Shown here: positions 19,064-27,845 of the stretch, in pieces
How the letters are laid out: each line of letters begins with the position of its first letter
How positions within the stretch are numbered: position 1 is the stretch's first letter
DNA from: Dehalococcoidia bacterium
Lineage (GTDB): Bacteria; Chloroflexota; Dehalococcoidia; UBA2979
NCBI GenBank assembly: GCA_965204835.1
Contig: OZ242017.1
Location: 2,182,066 to 2,246,065, forward strand
Length of the DNA stretch: 64,000 nt
Direction: 5' to 3'
Notes under the pieces: model-generated
Databases searched by the model: none
The model's input: only the letters and a program-made list of their open reading frames with translations
What the model was told of the DNA's origin: nothing
Position numbers and translations under genes: made by a program

Positions 19064-19452
19064 CGACACCGCCCGAGGTCGCGCCGGTGACCCGCCTGAT
19101 CGACCAGGACCGCGTGAGCCGCTACTCGGACGCGGCGCGCGACCCCAACCCGATCCACACCGATGCCGACTTCGCGGCAACCACCGACTTCGGCCGCCCC
19201 ATCGCCCACGGCATGCTCGTGCTCGCCCTCGTCTCCGAGGCGATGAGCGCGACGTTCGGGCGTCGGTGGGCGGAGAGCGGAGCCCTCAAGGTGCGCTGGC
19301 GCGCCCCGGCCATCCAGCCCGTCGAGGTGACCGCGACGGCGGAGCCTCGAGGCGTCACGGACGGCGTCGCGACCTACGCCGTGCAGTGCGCGACGGCCGA
19401 CGGCGCGGTGCTGCTCACGGGTACCGCTTCGGTTGCGGTGCGCGAGGCGTGA
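19060..19452 (+). CDS. MaoC-like (R)-specific enoyl-CoA hydratase/dehydratase (HadB-like)
   Basis: Hydratase motif DPNPIHTDADFAATTDFGRPIAHGM. Translationally coupled to flanking genes by GTGA overlaps. Confidence 0.75.
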   Translation: MTTPPEVAPVTRLIDQDRVSRYSDAARDPNPIHTDADFAATTDFGRPIAHGMLVLALVSEAMSATFGRRWAESGALKVRWRAPAIQPVEVTATAEPRGVTDGVATYAVQCATADGAVLLTGTASVAVREA

Positions 19453-20096
19453 TCAGTCGAGATGACCTCGTGGCCGCCCTCTCGGCGCTCGCAGGGGAGC
19501 GCCCCGTCTTCCATTCTGAGGCGGACTTCCAGCACTCACTTGCATGGACGATTCGCGACAGGCACCCGGGAGCCGCTATGCGGCTCGAGCGGCCTGTCCC
19601 GATGTCCGGGAATCGCGGTCATATCGACATCTGGCTGGGGAGAGACCAGCTAGGGACGGCAATCGAGTTGAAGTTCGGGACTCGGAGATCCAACTTCAGC
19701 ATCGATGGAGATGAATACGACCTCCGCGACGGTGCTCCAGACTGGTTTCGGTACGATGTGTGGAAAGATGTCTCGCGCGTTGAGAGCCTCATCGAGCAGG
19801 GCAACGCGGAGTCTGGTTTCGTTATCGCCCTTACCAATGACCATCTGAACTGGAGCGAAGCCAGTCCAGAGACGATCTCTGCCGCTTTCAGCATGCACGA
19901 GGGGAACGACGTTCACGGCTCGCTCGGGTGGAGCTCACGGGCAGGAAGCGGGAGCACAAGCGGCCGCGAATCAGCGATTGAACTCGGCGGCCGGTATGTC
20001 ACTCGGTGGAGCGACTACTCGCTACCTGCCGAGGGTTCGGGAGGTGAGTTCCGCTACTTGCTCCTCGATGTACGGGATGCGCTCAAGCCGCTATAG
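19449..20096 (+). CDS. PD-(D/E)xK nuclease-like hypothetical protein (low-GC gene)
   Basis: GTG 19449 overlaps the preceding stop. GC is about 57%, against about 72% for flanking DNA. It carries an apparent E...D...ExK core (LERPV...GHIDIWLG...AIELKFG). No confident family assignment. Confidence 0.5.
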   Translation: MISRDDLVAALSALAGERPVFHSEADFQHSLAWTIRDRHPGAAMRLERPVPMSGNRGHIDIWLGRDQLGTAIELKFGTRRSNFSIDGDEYDLRDGAPDWFRYDVWKDVSRVESLIEQGNAESGFVIALTNDHLNWSEASPETISAAFSMHEGNDVHGSLGWSSRAGSGSTSGRESAIELGGRYVTRWSDYSLPAEGSGGEFRYLLLDVRDALKPL

Positions 20097-20276
20097 GCCG
20101 CGTTTCGCCTTGATTGACTCCCAGGAGACGCTGTCCTCGGCCTTGAGGCGCTCCTGGGAGATGCGCACATCCTCGGCGTCTTCGAGGGCTTCCAGTTCGG
20201 TGACGGTGAGTTCCTCCACGTCCCGGGAGTTCTCGTCAGGCGACTCGGGATCGCGGGGGTGATCTGCGGGTGACAT
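20091..20276 (-). CDS. small hypothetical protein with antitoxin-like acidic helical C-terminus (61 aa)
   Basis: ORF 10 bp downstream of alkA on the same strand. ...ELEALEDAEDVRISQERLKAEDSVSWESIKAKRGL resembles Phd/YefM- or TIGR02574-type antitoxin C-termini. Could be spurious. Confidence 0.3.
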   Translation of the reverse strand: MSPADHPRDPESPDENSRDVEELTVTELEALEDAEDVRISQERLKAEDSVSWESIKAKRGL

Positions 20277-20285
20277 GGGCTCGCC

Positions 20286-20924
20286 CTATGCCTCGGGCGT
20301 GATGGTCGACACCGCACGCCACATGTACCACGACCCCACCGACCGGTACGGCGCCCACGGCGCGCCGATCTCGCGGGCGCGGCCCGGCGTCGGCGTCTCG
20401 GGCAGGCCGTATGCCGCCTGCATCCCCTTCCGCACGCCGAGGTCCCCGACCGGCAGCACGTCCGGCCGGCCCAGCTCGGACATGAGGAACATGTGCGCCG
20501 TCCACTCGCCGACGCCCTTCACCGCGGTCAGCCGCTCGATCACCTCGGCGTCGCCGAGGTCGGGCATCGCCTCGAAGTTGAGGGTGCCGTCCACGCAGTG
20601 CTGCGCGAGGTCGCGGAGGTAGCCCGCCTTCTGACGCGAGACGCCCGCGCCGCGGAACGCGTCGTCGGTCGTGGCGAGGATGTCGAGTGGGTCGGGCGTG
20701 CGCTCCTCGTCGCCGTAGAGGGCGAAGAAGCGGCGCTGGATGGCGCGCGCCGCCGCGCCGGCAAGCTGCTGGAACATGATCGAGCGCACCACCGAGGCGT
20801 ACGGGTCATTGCCCGGGCGCGGCTGGTACGGGCCGTGCTCCGCGATCAGCGCGCCGACGACGGGGTCGGCCTCGCGCAGGTGCGCGTAGGCGGAGCGGGC
20901 GGAGAAGCGCAGCCGGTTTGGCAT
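20286..20924 (-). CDS. alkA: DNA-3-methyladenine glycosylase II (HhH-GPD family)
   Basis: HhH-GPD motif region (…LTAVKGVGEWTAHMFLMSELGRPDVLPVGDLGVRKG…) with catalytic Asp. Confidence 0.85.
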   Translation of the reverse strand: MPNRLRFSARSAYAHLREADPVVGALIAEHGPYQPRPGNDPYASVVRSIMFQQLAGAAARAIQRRFFALYGDEERTPDPLDILATTDDAFRGAGVSRQKAGYLRDLAQHCVDGTLNFEAMPDLGDAEVIERLTAVKGVGEWTAHMFLMSELGRPDVLPVGDLGVRKGMQAAYGLPETPTPGRAREIGAPWAPYRSVGSWYMWRAVSTITPEA

Positions 20925-20961
20925 GCAGGCATCGTACCCCGCGGCAGTGCGACGATCCGGC

Positions 20962-21753
20962 TCAGCCGACCCGCGCCCGCTCGCGACGCTTCGGCAGCAC
21001 CAGCGGATGACCGGTGACCGGGTCGGGTACGACGCGCACTGGATGCTCGAAGACCTCGCTGACCAGCTCCGGGGTCAGCACCTCGCGGGGCGGACCTTGC
21101 GCGGCCACCCGCCCGCGATCGAGGAGCACCACGCGCGTGGCGTGCGCCGCGGCGAGGTTGAGGTCGTGGAGCACGGCGACCACCGCGCTGCCGCCCTCCG
21201 CGAGGTCGTGGAGCAGGTCCATCACGAGCGCCTCGTGCCGCAGGTCGAGCGCGCTCGTCGGCTCGTCCAGGAGCAGCAACGGCGTGCGCTGCGCCAGCAC
21301 CCGTGCCAGCGAAGCGAGGGTCTGCTCACCGCCCGAGAGCGTCGGGAACGCCTGCGAGGCCATCGAGGTGACCTCGGTGAGGCGCATTGCATCCTCGACC
21401 GCCTCCTTGTCGTCCATCGACTCGGGGGTGCGCAGCCACGGCATCCGGCCGAACGTGACGACCTCCTCGGTCGTGAACCGGAACGTCGTCGGCGTCTGCT
21501 GCGGGAGGACGGCGCGCAGCCGCGCCTGCTCGATCGGGGGCATGTCCGCGATCGGCAGGCCGTCGAGGTACACGTTCCCGGAGGTCGCCTCCAGCTCGCC
21601 GGCCACGATGCGGAGCAGCGTCGACTTGCCCGCGCCGTTCGGCCCGACCACCGCGATCAGCTCGCCGCGGTCGGCCTCGAACGTCACGCCGTCGACCAGC
21701 CGGGCCCGCCCGACCTGGAAGGAGACGGCCTCGGTGGCGAGGAGGGCCGTCAC
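20962..21753 (-). CDS. iron-siderophore/heme ABC transporter ATP-binding protein (FecE/HmuV-like)
   Basis: Walker A GPNGAGKST, signature LSGGEQ, Walker B LLLLDEP. GTG start overlaps the permease stop (GTGA) and has a GGGAGG RBS. Confidence 0.9.
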   Translation of the reverse strand: MTALLATEAVSFQVGRARLVDGVTFEADRGELIAVVGPNGAGKSTLLRIVAGELEATSGNVYLDGLPIADMPPIEQARLRAVLPQQTPTTFRFTTEEVVTFGRMPWLRTPESMDDKEAVEDAMRLTEVTSMASQAFPTLSGGEQTLASLARVLAQRTPLLLLDEPTSALDLRHEALVMDLLHDLAEGGSAVVAVLHDLNLAAAHATRVVLLDRGRVAAQGPPREVLTPELVSEVFEHPVRVVPDPVTGHPLVLPKRRERARVG

Positions 21754-22880
21754 ATCCAGCCTCCCTGCTCGCGCGTCGTGCGACGCAGGAGGAAGAGGAA
21801 GTACGGCCCGCCGATGAGCGCCGTGACGACTCCGAGCGGGAGCTCGGCGGGGATCACGATCGTGCGCGCCACGAGGTCGGCGCCGAGCAGCAGGATCGCG
21901 CCGCCCAGCGCGCTCGCCGGGAGCAGCACGCGATGGTCGGGGCCGACGATGATGCGCAGCAGGTGCGGCACGACGAGCCCCACGAACGCCACGATCCCCG
22001 CGACCGCGACCCCTGCCCCGGTGACGAGCGTCGCGAAGACGATTACCAGCAGGCGGACACGCTCGGTGCGCACGCCCAGGTGGAACGCCTCGCGCTCGCC
22101 GAGGACGATCAGGTTCATCGCGCGTGCGTAGCGCGGCAGCAGCAGCAGGCCGACGACCGTGATCAGCGCCACCGGGAGCACGGCGCTCCACGTCGCGCCC
22201 GCGAGGCTGCCGAGCGTCCAGAAGATGATGCTGCGCAGCTCGGAGTCGTCGGCGAGGAAGCTCGCCAGCCCGATGAGGCCGCCCGCGATCGAGTTCATCG
22301 CGACGCCGGTCAGGATCAGCGTCACCACCTGCGTCCGGCCGTCGGAGCGCGCGAGCCCGTACACCACGAGCGTGAGGAGGAGCGCGCCCGCGAACGCGGC
22401 CAGCGGCAGCGACATCCAGCCGAGCGGCGAGAACCCGGTGATGATGAGCGCGATCACGCCCAGTGCGCCGCCGCTCGACACCCCGATCAGCCCCGGCTCG
22501 GCGAGCGGGTTGCGGAAGATGGCCTGCAGCGAGGCCCCGGCCATGCCAAGCCCGGCGCCGACGAAGACCGCGAGCACGATGCGGGGCATGCGGATCCCCC
22601 ACACCACCTGCTCGCGCACCATGTCGACCTCGACCCCCGTCGAGATGCCGACACGGTCGAGGAGCACCGTCGCCACCTCCGCGGGCGGCACGCGCACCGC
22701 GCCGATGCCGGCGTTCAGGAACACCGCGACCACCAGCATCACGACCAGGACGGCGAACGTGGGGCCGGCGCTCATGGGCCGCAGCGACTGCGCGTGCTGC
22801 CAGGCGCGGCGCAGCGCGCTGCGAGGCGCGCCTCGCCGCATGCCCCGTGCTCGCTCAGCCGTCTGCCGGCGGATCGTCAT
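21750..22880 (-). CDS. FecCD-family iron-siderophore/heme ABC transporter permease
   Basis: Ten-TM FecCD/BtuC-type permease. ATG 22880 is 10 nt after the SBP stop with an AGGGG RBS. Alternative starts are at 22841 and 22775. Confidence 0.85.
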   Translation of the reverse strand: MTIRRQTAERARGMRRGAPRSALRRAWQHAQSLRPMSAGPTFAVLVVMLVVAVFLNAGIGAVRVPPAEVATVLLDRVGISTGVEVDMVREQVVWGIRMPRIVLAVFVGAGLGMAGASLQAIFRNPLAEPGLIGVSSGGALGVIALIITGFSPLGWMSLPLAAFAGALLLTLVVYGLARSDGRTQVVTLILTGVAMNSIAGGLIGLASFLADDSELRSIIFWTLGSLAGATWSAVLPVALITVVGLLLLPRYARAMNLIVLGEREAFHLGVRTERVRLLVIVFATLVTGAGVAVAGIVAFVGLVVPHLLRIIVGPDHRVLLPASALGGAILLLGADLVARTIVIPAELPLGVVTALIGGPYFLFLLRRTTREQGGWM

Positions 22881-22890
22881 CGTCGAGCCC

Positions 22891-24027
22891 CTACTGGAGT
22901 TCCGGGTAGATCGCGGCGATCAGCTCGGCCAGCACGGCGCCCGTGCGCGGGCCATAGCCGAGCAGGTACTGACCATCGAAGTCCACGACGGCGCGGTTGC
23001 GTCCCGCCTCCGTCTGGGCCATCCCCGGGATGCGGAGCAGCCCGTCGACGCCGCCCACGGAGTCCAGCCCGGTGCTGAACACCAGGATCACGTCCGGGTT
23101 CGCCGTGACCAGGGCTTCCGGCGTGATTGCCGTGAACCCCTCCACCCCCGCCTCCACGCCCACGTCGATGCCGCCCGCCGCCTCGATCAGCGAGGTCGCC
23201 CCCGCGCCGTCGCCGCCGATCAGCTGCGTCTGCGCGCCGCGCAGGTATACGAAGGCCACGCGCGGGCTGCTCACGGCGTCCTCAGCGGTCGCGCTCGCCT
23301 CCGCGATCGATGCCAGCGTCTCGGCCGCCAGCCGCTCGCCGCGGCGCGGGACGCCCAGCGCGGTGGCGATGCGCGTGATCTTCTCCTCGATGTCGTCGAG
23401 CGAGTTGTAGTCGGGGAGGATGAGCACGGGGATGCCCGTCCCGCGCACCTGCTCGATGACCTCGGGGGGCCCCGCGAAGGTGGTGCCCAGCACCAGCGTC
23501 GGCGCGAGCGCGACGACGCCCTCGGCGCTCAGCGCGATCTGCACGCCGACGTCCGGCAACTCCAGTGCTTCCGGCGGGTAGGTCGACGTGACATCCACGC
23601 CGACGACGTGGTCGCCGAGGCCGAGGGCGAACACGACCTCGGTGATGGTGCCGTTCAGCACCACGAGCCGCGAGACGTCCTCGATCACCATCTCGTTGCC
23701 GTCGACGTCCGTGACGGTGACGGGGAGCTGCGGCGTCGCCTCGACCGGTTCCTGGGTCGGCGTCGGCTCGGGCGTGGCGGTTGCGGTCGCGGTTGCGGTC
23801 CCCGTCGCGGTTGCGGTGGCAGTGGCGGTCGCCGTCGGAGCTGCCGTCGCGGTGGGCGTCGGCGCGGGCGTGCTTGCGACGGCCGGTGTGGCCGTCGAGG
23901 TTGCCGCCGCGTCCGCGACAGGCGACGACGGCGTGGCGTCATCGGCGCCGCCGGAGCAGGCCGCGACCGCGAGTGTCACGATGGCGAGGCCCGTGAGGGC
24001 CCGGGCAGCACGCAGCATGCTGCGCAT
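22891..24027 (-). CDS. iron-siderophore/heme ABC transporter substrate-binding lipoprotein with Thr/Ala/Pro-rich linker
   Basis: Lipobox LAVAACSGG, long low-complexity TATATATATGTATATATAT linker, then a class III periplasmic binding-protein domain. ATG 24027 with a GGAAGG RBS. Confidence 0.85.
   Translation of the reverse strand: MRSMLRAARALTGLAIVTLAVAACSGGADDATPSSPVADAAATSTATPAVASTPAPTPTATAAPTATATATATATGTATATATATPEPTPTQEPVEATPQLPVTVTDVDGNEMVIEDVSRLVVLNGTITEVVFALGLGDHVVGVDVTSTYPPEALELPDVGVQIALSAEGVVALAPTLVLGTTFAGPPEVIEQVRGTGIPVLILPDYNSLDDIEEKITRIATALGVPRRGERLAAETLASIAEASATAEDAVSSPRVAFVYLRGAQTQLIGGDGAGATSLIEAAGGIDVGVEAGVEGFTAITPEALVTANPDVILVFSTGLDSVGGVDGLLRIPGMAQTEAGRNRAVVDFDGQYLLGYGPRTGAVLAELIAAIYPELQ
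23774..23840 (-). repeat. short tandem repeat (GCGGTTGCGGTC-like units) encoding the Thr/Ala linker
   Basis: Repeated gcggttgcggtc/gcggtggcagtggcggtc units on the + strand text. Confidence 0.7.
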
Positions 24028-24206
24028 GGACGGCCTTCCACGCTGGTTCAGTTCGGCGCCGCATTCCGAGTGTAGGCACGCGCGCCCCAGCGTTCTCACA
24101 ACCTGTGCAAGAAATCACGACAAATGGGAGATATGTGTAGACTCGTACGCGCGGGCACGTCTCGGCCTCGACTCCAGCGCGAAGTCCCGCACGCCAGGGA
24201 GGCGAC

Positions 24207-24515
24207 ATGTTCATCGCGATGAACCGGTTCAGCATCGCCGAGGGGCGCGAGGACGACTTCGAGCGCAGCTGGCGTGAACGCGACAGCTACCTGGACTCCG
24301 TGCCCGGCTTCCAGAAGTTCGCCCTGCTCAAGGGCGACAGCCCCGGCGAGTACATCTCGCACTCGACGTGGGAATCGCGCGAGGCCTTCGTCGCGTGGAC
24401 GGAGTCCGACGTCTTCCGCAAGGCGCACGGCCAGCCGCTCGCGGGCGGCGTGATGCAGGACGCCCCGCACGTCTCGCTCTACGAGGCGATCCTCCAGACG
24501 CCCGAGGCGGACTGA
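24207..24515 (+). CDS. ABM-domain monooxygenase (candidate IsdG/MhuD-like heme-degrading enzyme)
   Basis: 102-aa antibiotic-biosynthesis-monooxygenase fold (FIAMNRFSIAEGREDDFERSW...HSTWESREAFVAW). Divergent from the heme/siderophore importer. AGGGAGG RBS. Confidence 0.75.
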   Translation: MFIAMNRFSIAEGREDDFERSWRERDSYLDSVPGFQKFALLKGDSPGEYISHSTWESREAFVAWTESDVFRKAHGQPLAGGVMQDAPHVSLYEAILQTPEAD

Positions 24516-24626
24516 CGCCGCCTCGGCCCCCGAGCCCGGGCACGAAACAGCCGCCGCGCATGAGCGCGGCGGCTTCTCGTTCAGCGTGGGCCTGCGCGGC
24601 CCGCGCCGTGCTCCCGGGGGAGCGTC

Positions 24627-25373
24627 CTACATGTACTGGCCGCCGTTGGGCGAGAGCTGGGCGCCGGTGAAGAACCCGCCCTCGGTGCACAGGAAGCGCA
24701 CCAGCGCCGCGATCTCCTCGGGCTCCGCGAAGCGGCCGAGGGGGATCTGCGACTTGATGTTGTCCTGGATCTCGTCGTTCAGCGCGTTGACCATGTCCGT
24801 CGAGACGAAGCCCGGGCACACCGCGTTCACGGTGATGTTGTTGCGCGCGAGCTCCTTCGCGGCCGTCTTCGTGAAGGCGATCATCCCGGCCTTCGCCGCC
24901 GAGTAGTTCGCCTGCCCGACGTTGCCCATCTGGCCGATGATCGACGACATGTTGATGATCCGGCCGTAGTTCGCCTCGCGCATGTGCGGCACCGCGGCGC
25001 GCGTGCAGTAGAACATCGACGAGAGGTCCGTCTGGATGACCTCGTCCCACTCCTCGACGGAGAGCCGCGCGATCGTGCGGTCGCGGTTCACGCCGGCGTT
25101 GTTGACGAGGATGTCGATCTTGCCGAGCTCCTCGACCGCGGTCTCGACCACGTCCGAGGCCTCGTCGGCGTCGGCCACGTTGGCCTTCACGAGTACGACG
25201 GTGCCGCCGAACTCATGGATGGCGTCACGCGTGGCCTCCGCCGCGTCTGCGTTCGACACGTAGTTGACGATCACGCTCGCGCCCTCGCGCGCCAGCTCGA
25301 TCGCGCACGCGCGCCCGATCCCGCGACCGCCGCCGGTCACGACCGCCACCTGTCCCTCGAGTGCTCCAGCCAT
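24627..25373 (-). CDS. 3-oxoacyl-ACP reductase-like short-chain dehydrogenase (FabG family)
   Basis: TGGGRGIGRA cofactor motif, NNAG, catalytic S...YSAAK. ATG 25373 with a GGGAGG RBS. Confidence 0.85.
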   Translation of the reverse strand: MAGALEGQVAVVTGGGRGIGRACAIELAREGASVIVNYVSNADAAEATRDAIHEFGGTVVLVKANVADADEASDVVETAVEELGKIDILVNNAGVNRDRTIARLSVEEWDEVIQTDLSSMFYCTRAAVPHMREANYGRIINMSSIIGQMGNVGQANYSAAKAGMIAFTKTAAKELARNNITVNAVCPGFVSTDMVNALNDEIQDNIKSQIPLGRFAEPEEIAALVRFLCTEGGFFTGAQLSPNGGQYM

Positions 25374-25612
25374 CTCCGCCTCCCGTGGTGGGTTCATGTT
25401 TCGTTCGACGGCCGCATCGTGACCGTGCAGCGGCGAGGGCGCAAGCCCGCGCCCGCGCCGACGCCGCAAGCGCCGTCGAGGGCGCGGCTACTCCACGGGC
25501 TCGGTGCGCTCGGCGATTGCGACGACGCTCCGCGGCGCGCCGCGAGCTTCACGCGGGGCGTCCCGCAAGCGCCAGATCAGATCGCGATCCAGAGCTTCAG
25601 CATGGATCGCGT

Positions 25613-26014
25613 TCAGGGAGTCTCCTCGCCCTCTTCCTGACCGGGCCAGTCCGGCCAGGCATGCTCCATGCAGGCCGCATACGCTGCATTCAGGGCGGCC
25701 TTCGCCTCGGCAACGGACATCGCTCTGATTTCCGCGACGAACGGAGCCTCCACGTCTCCGGATACGCTCGGTTGCGGCGTGCCCTGAAGTAGTTCCCTCA
25801 CGTCCTCGGTCGTCCACTCCAGGCGATACCACGGGTAGTCGCTGGAGTGCTGGGGTCGGCTCGCCTCGTGGTGGTGCATCACGACGAAGCCCGCACACGT
25901 GTGCATGTGTTCGGGCGTGTGCTCGGTCGGGAGTATCGGGCTCGTCGCCACGATGAGGAAAACAACCGCCGTTGCGGCGCTGCCTGCCAGAATGAGCGCC
26001 AGCGACCTCCTCAT
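25613..26014 (-). CDS. hypothetical membrane-anchored/secreted protein with His-rich motif
   Basis: ATG 26014 after a GAGAGGA RBS. N-terminal hydrophobic anchor, then HTPEHMHTCAGFVVMHHHE. Lower GC (about 62%). Confidence 0.4.
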   Translation of the reverse strand: MRRSLALILAGSAATAVVFLIVATSPILPTEHTPEHMHTCAGFVVMHHHEASRPQHSSDYPWYRLEWTTEDVRELLQGTPQPSVSGDVEAPFVAEIRAMSVAEAKAALNAAYAACMEHAWPDWPGQEEGEETP

Positions 26015-26123
26015 CCGACTCGTCCTCTCACCCGGAGTGAGCCCCATATCCGGGGCTGATCCAGGATCCGCGGGGGACGATCGAGGAGATCAGACGCCTG
26101 GTGCTATCGATCCTCCTCGCGGG

Positions 26124-27800
26124 TCACACGACCGTCGGCGGGGTGTACTCGCCCCACTCCTCGCGCAGCACGTCGCACATCTCGCCCAGCGTGGCGTAGC
26201 TGCGCACCGCGTCGAGGATCGGCTCCATCATCGAGTCGTCGCCGCGCGCCGCCTGGCGCAGCCCGGCCAGGGCCGCATCGACGGCGGCCTGGTCGCGCTC
26301 CCCCTTCACGCGCGCGAGGCGTTCAAGCTGGGCGTCGATGACCGCCGTGTTCGGGCGGAAGATCGGCGTGGCGTCCTCATCCTCGTCGACGTACTGGTTC
26401 ACGCCGACGACCACGCGGTCACCGCTCTCGATCTCGTGCTGGTAGGCGACCGAGGCCTCCTGGATCTCGGACTGCACGTACCCGCTCTCGACCGCCGCCA
26501 CCGCCCCGCCGATGTCCTCGACGCGGTCGATGATGGCCTGCGCGGCCTCCTCGAGCTCGTTCGTGAGGGACTCGACGTAGTACGAGCCGGCGAGCGGGTC
26601 GATGGTGTCGGCCGCGCCGGTCTCGTGGGCGATGATCTGCTGCGAGCGCAGCGCGAGCTGCTGCGCCTCCTCGGTCGGCAGCGCCAGCGCCTCGTCGTAG
26701 CACGAGAGCGCGAGCGACTGCACGCCGCCGACGACGGCCGCGAGGGCCTGGATCGCCGAGCGCGTGAGGTTGTTCAGCGGCTGCTGCGCGGTCAGCGTCG
26801 ATCCGCCGGTCTGCGTGTGCGTGCGGAACATCATCGCGTTCGGGCTGGTCGCGCCGTAGCGCTCCTTCATCGCGCGCGCCCACATCCGGCGGAGGGCGCG
26901 GAACTTGGCGACCTCCTCGAAGAAGTAGTTGTGCGTGTTGAAGATCCACGACACCCGCGGCGCCACGTCGTCGATCGACGCGCCCGACGCGATGCAGCCG
27001 TCGAGGTAGGCGAAGGCGTTGGCGAACGCGAACGCGATCTCCTGCGCGGCCGTCGAGCCGGCCTCGCGGATGTGGTAGCCGGAGACCGAGATCGAGTTGA
27101 ATCGCGGCGCCTCGCTGGCGCAGTAGTTGATGAGGTCCGACGCCAGCCGCACCGAGGGCCCCGGCGGGAAGATGTAGGTCCCGCGCGCCACGTACTCCTT
27201 GAGCACGTCGTTCTGCGCCGTGCCCATGATCACGTTCGGCTCGTGGCCCTGCTTCTCCGCCGCGACGATGTACATCGCCACGAGGATCGGCGCGGGCGCG
27301 TTGATGGTCATCGAGGTCGAGATGCCGTCCAGCGGGATGTCCTCGAACAGCGTCTCCATGTCGGCGAGGCTGTCGATCGCGACGCCCACCTGCCCGACCT
27401 CGCCGGCCGCCATCGGGTGATCCGAGTCGTAGCCGGTCTGCGTCGGCAGGTCGAACGCCGTCGAGAGCCCGGTCTGGCCGTTCGCCAGCAGCTCACGGAA
27501 GCGCTCGTTGGTCTCCTCGGGGGTCCCGAAGCCGGCGTACTGGCGCATGGTCCAGAGCCGCCCGCGGTACATCGTCGGCTGCACGCCGCGCGTGAACGGG
27601 TACTGGCCCGGGAACCCGATGTCATCGAGGTAGTCGACGCCTTCGACGTCGAGCGGCGTGTAGAAGCGCTGGGCCTCCGCCGAGGAGGTTTCGAACGTCG
27701 GCCTGCGCTCGGGGAAGCGTCCGAGGACCTTGGCCAGCGGACCCTCTTCCCACGTGCCCTGCGCATCCTGGATTGCGGTGGATTCTTCCGGCCTCATCAT
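26124..27800 (-). CDS. methylmalonyl-CoA mutase family, large catalytic (TIM-barrel) subunit without fused B12-binding domain
   Basis: 558 aa colinear with the MCM N-terminal substrate-binding domain (…RMWARAMKERYGA…, …FRTHTQTGGSTLTAQQP…). No cobalamin-binding DxHxxG domain. Confidence 0.9.
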   Translation of the reverse strand: MMRPEESTAIQDAQGTWEEGPLAKVLGRFPERRPTFETSSAEAQRFYTPLDVEGVDYLDDIGFPGQYPFTRGVQPTMYRGRLWTMRQYAGFGTPEETNERFRELLANGQTGLSTAFDLPTQTGYDSDHPMAAGEVGQVGVAIDSLADMETLFEDIPLDGISTSMTINAPAPILVAMYIVAAEKQGHEPNVIMGTAQNDVLKEYVARGTYIFPPGPSVRLASDLINYCASEAPRFNSISVSGYHIREAGSTAAQEIAFAFANAFAYLDGCIASGASIDDVAPRVSWIFNTHNYFFEEVAKFRALRRMWARAMKERYGATSPNAMMFRTHTQTGGSTLTAQQPLNNLTRSAIQALAAVVGGVQSLALSCYDEALALPTEEAQQLALRSQQIIAHETGAADTIDPLAGSYYVESLTNELEEAAQAIIDRVEDIGGAVAAVESGYVQSEIQEASVAYQHEIESGDRVVVGVNQYVDEDEDATPIFRPNTAVIDAQLERLARVKGERDQAAVDAALAGLRQAARGDDSMMEPILDAVRSYATLGEMCDVLREEWGEYTPPTVV

Positions 27801-27845
27801 GGTGCTGCTCCTCGGACCCCGTGCTCCGCTCTGACGTGTGCGCCG

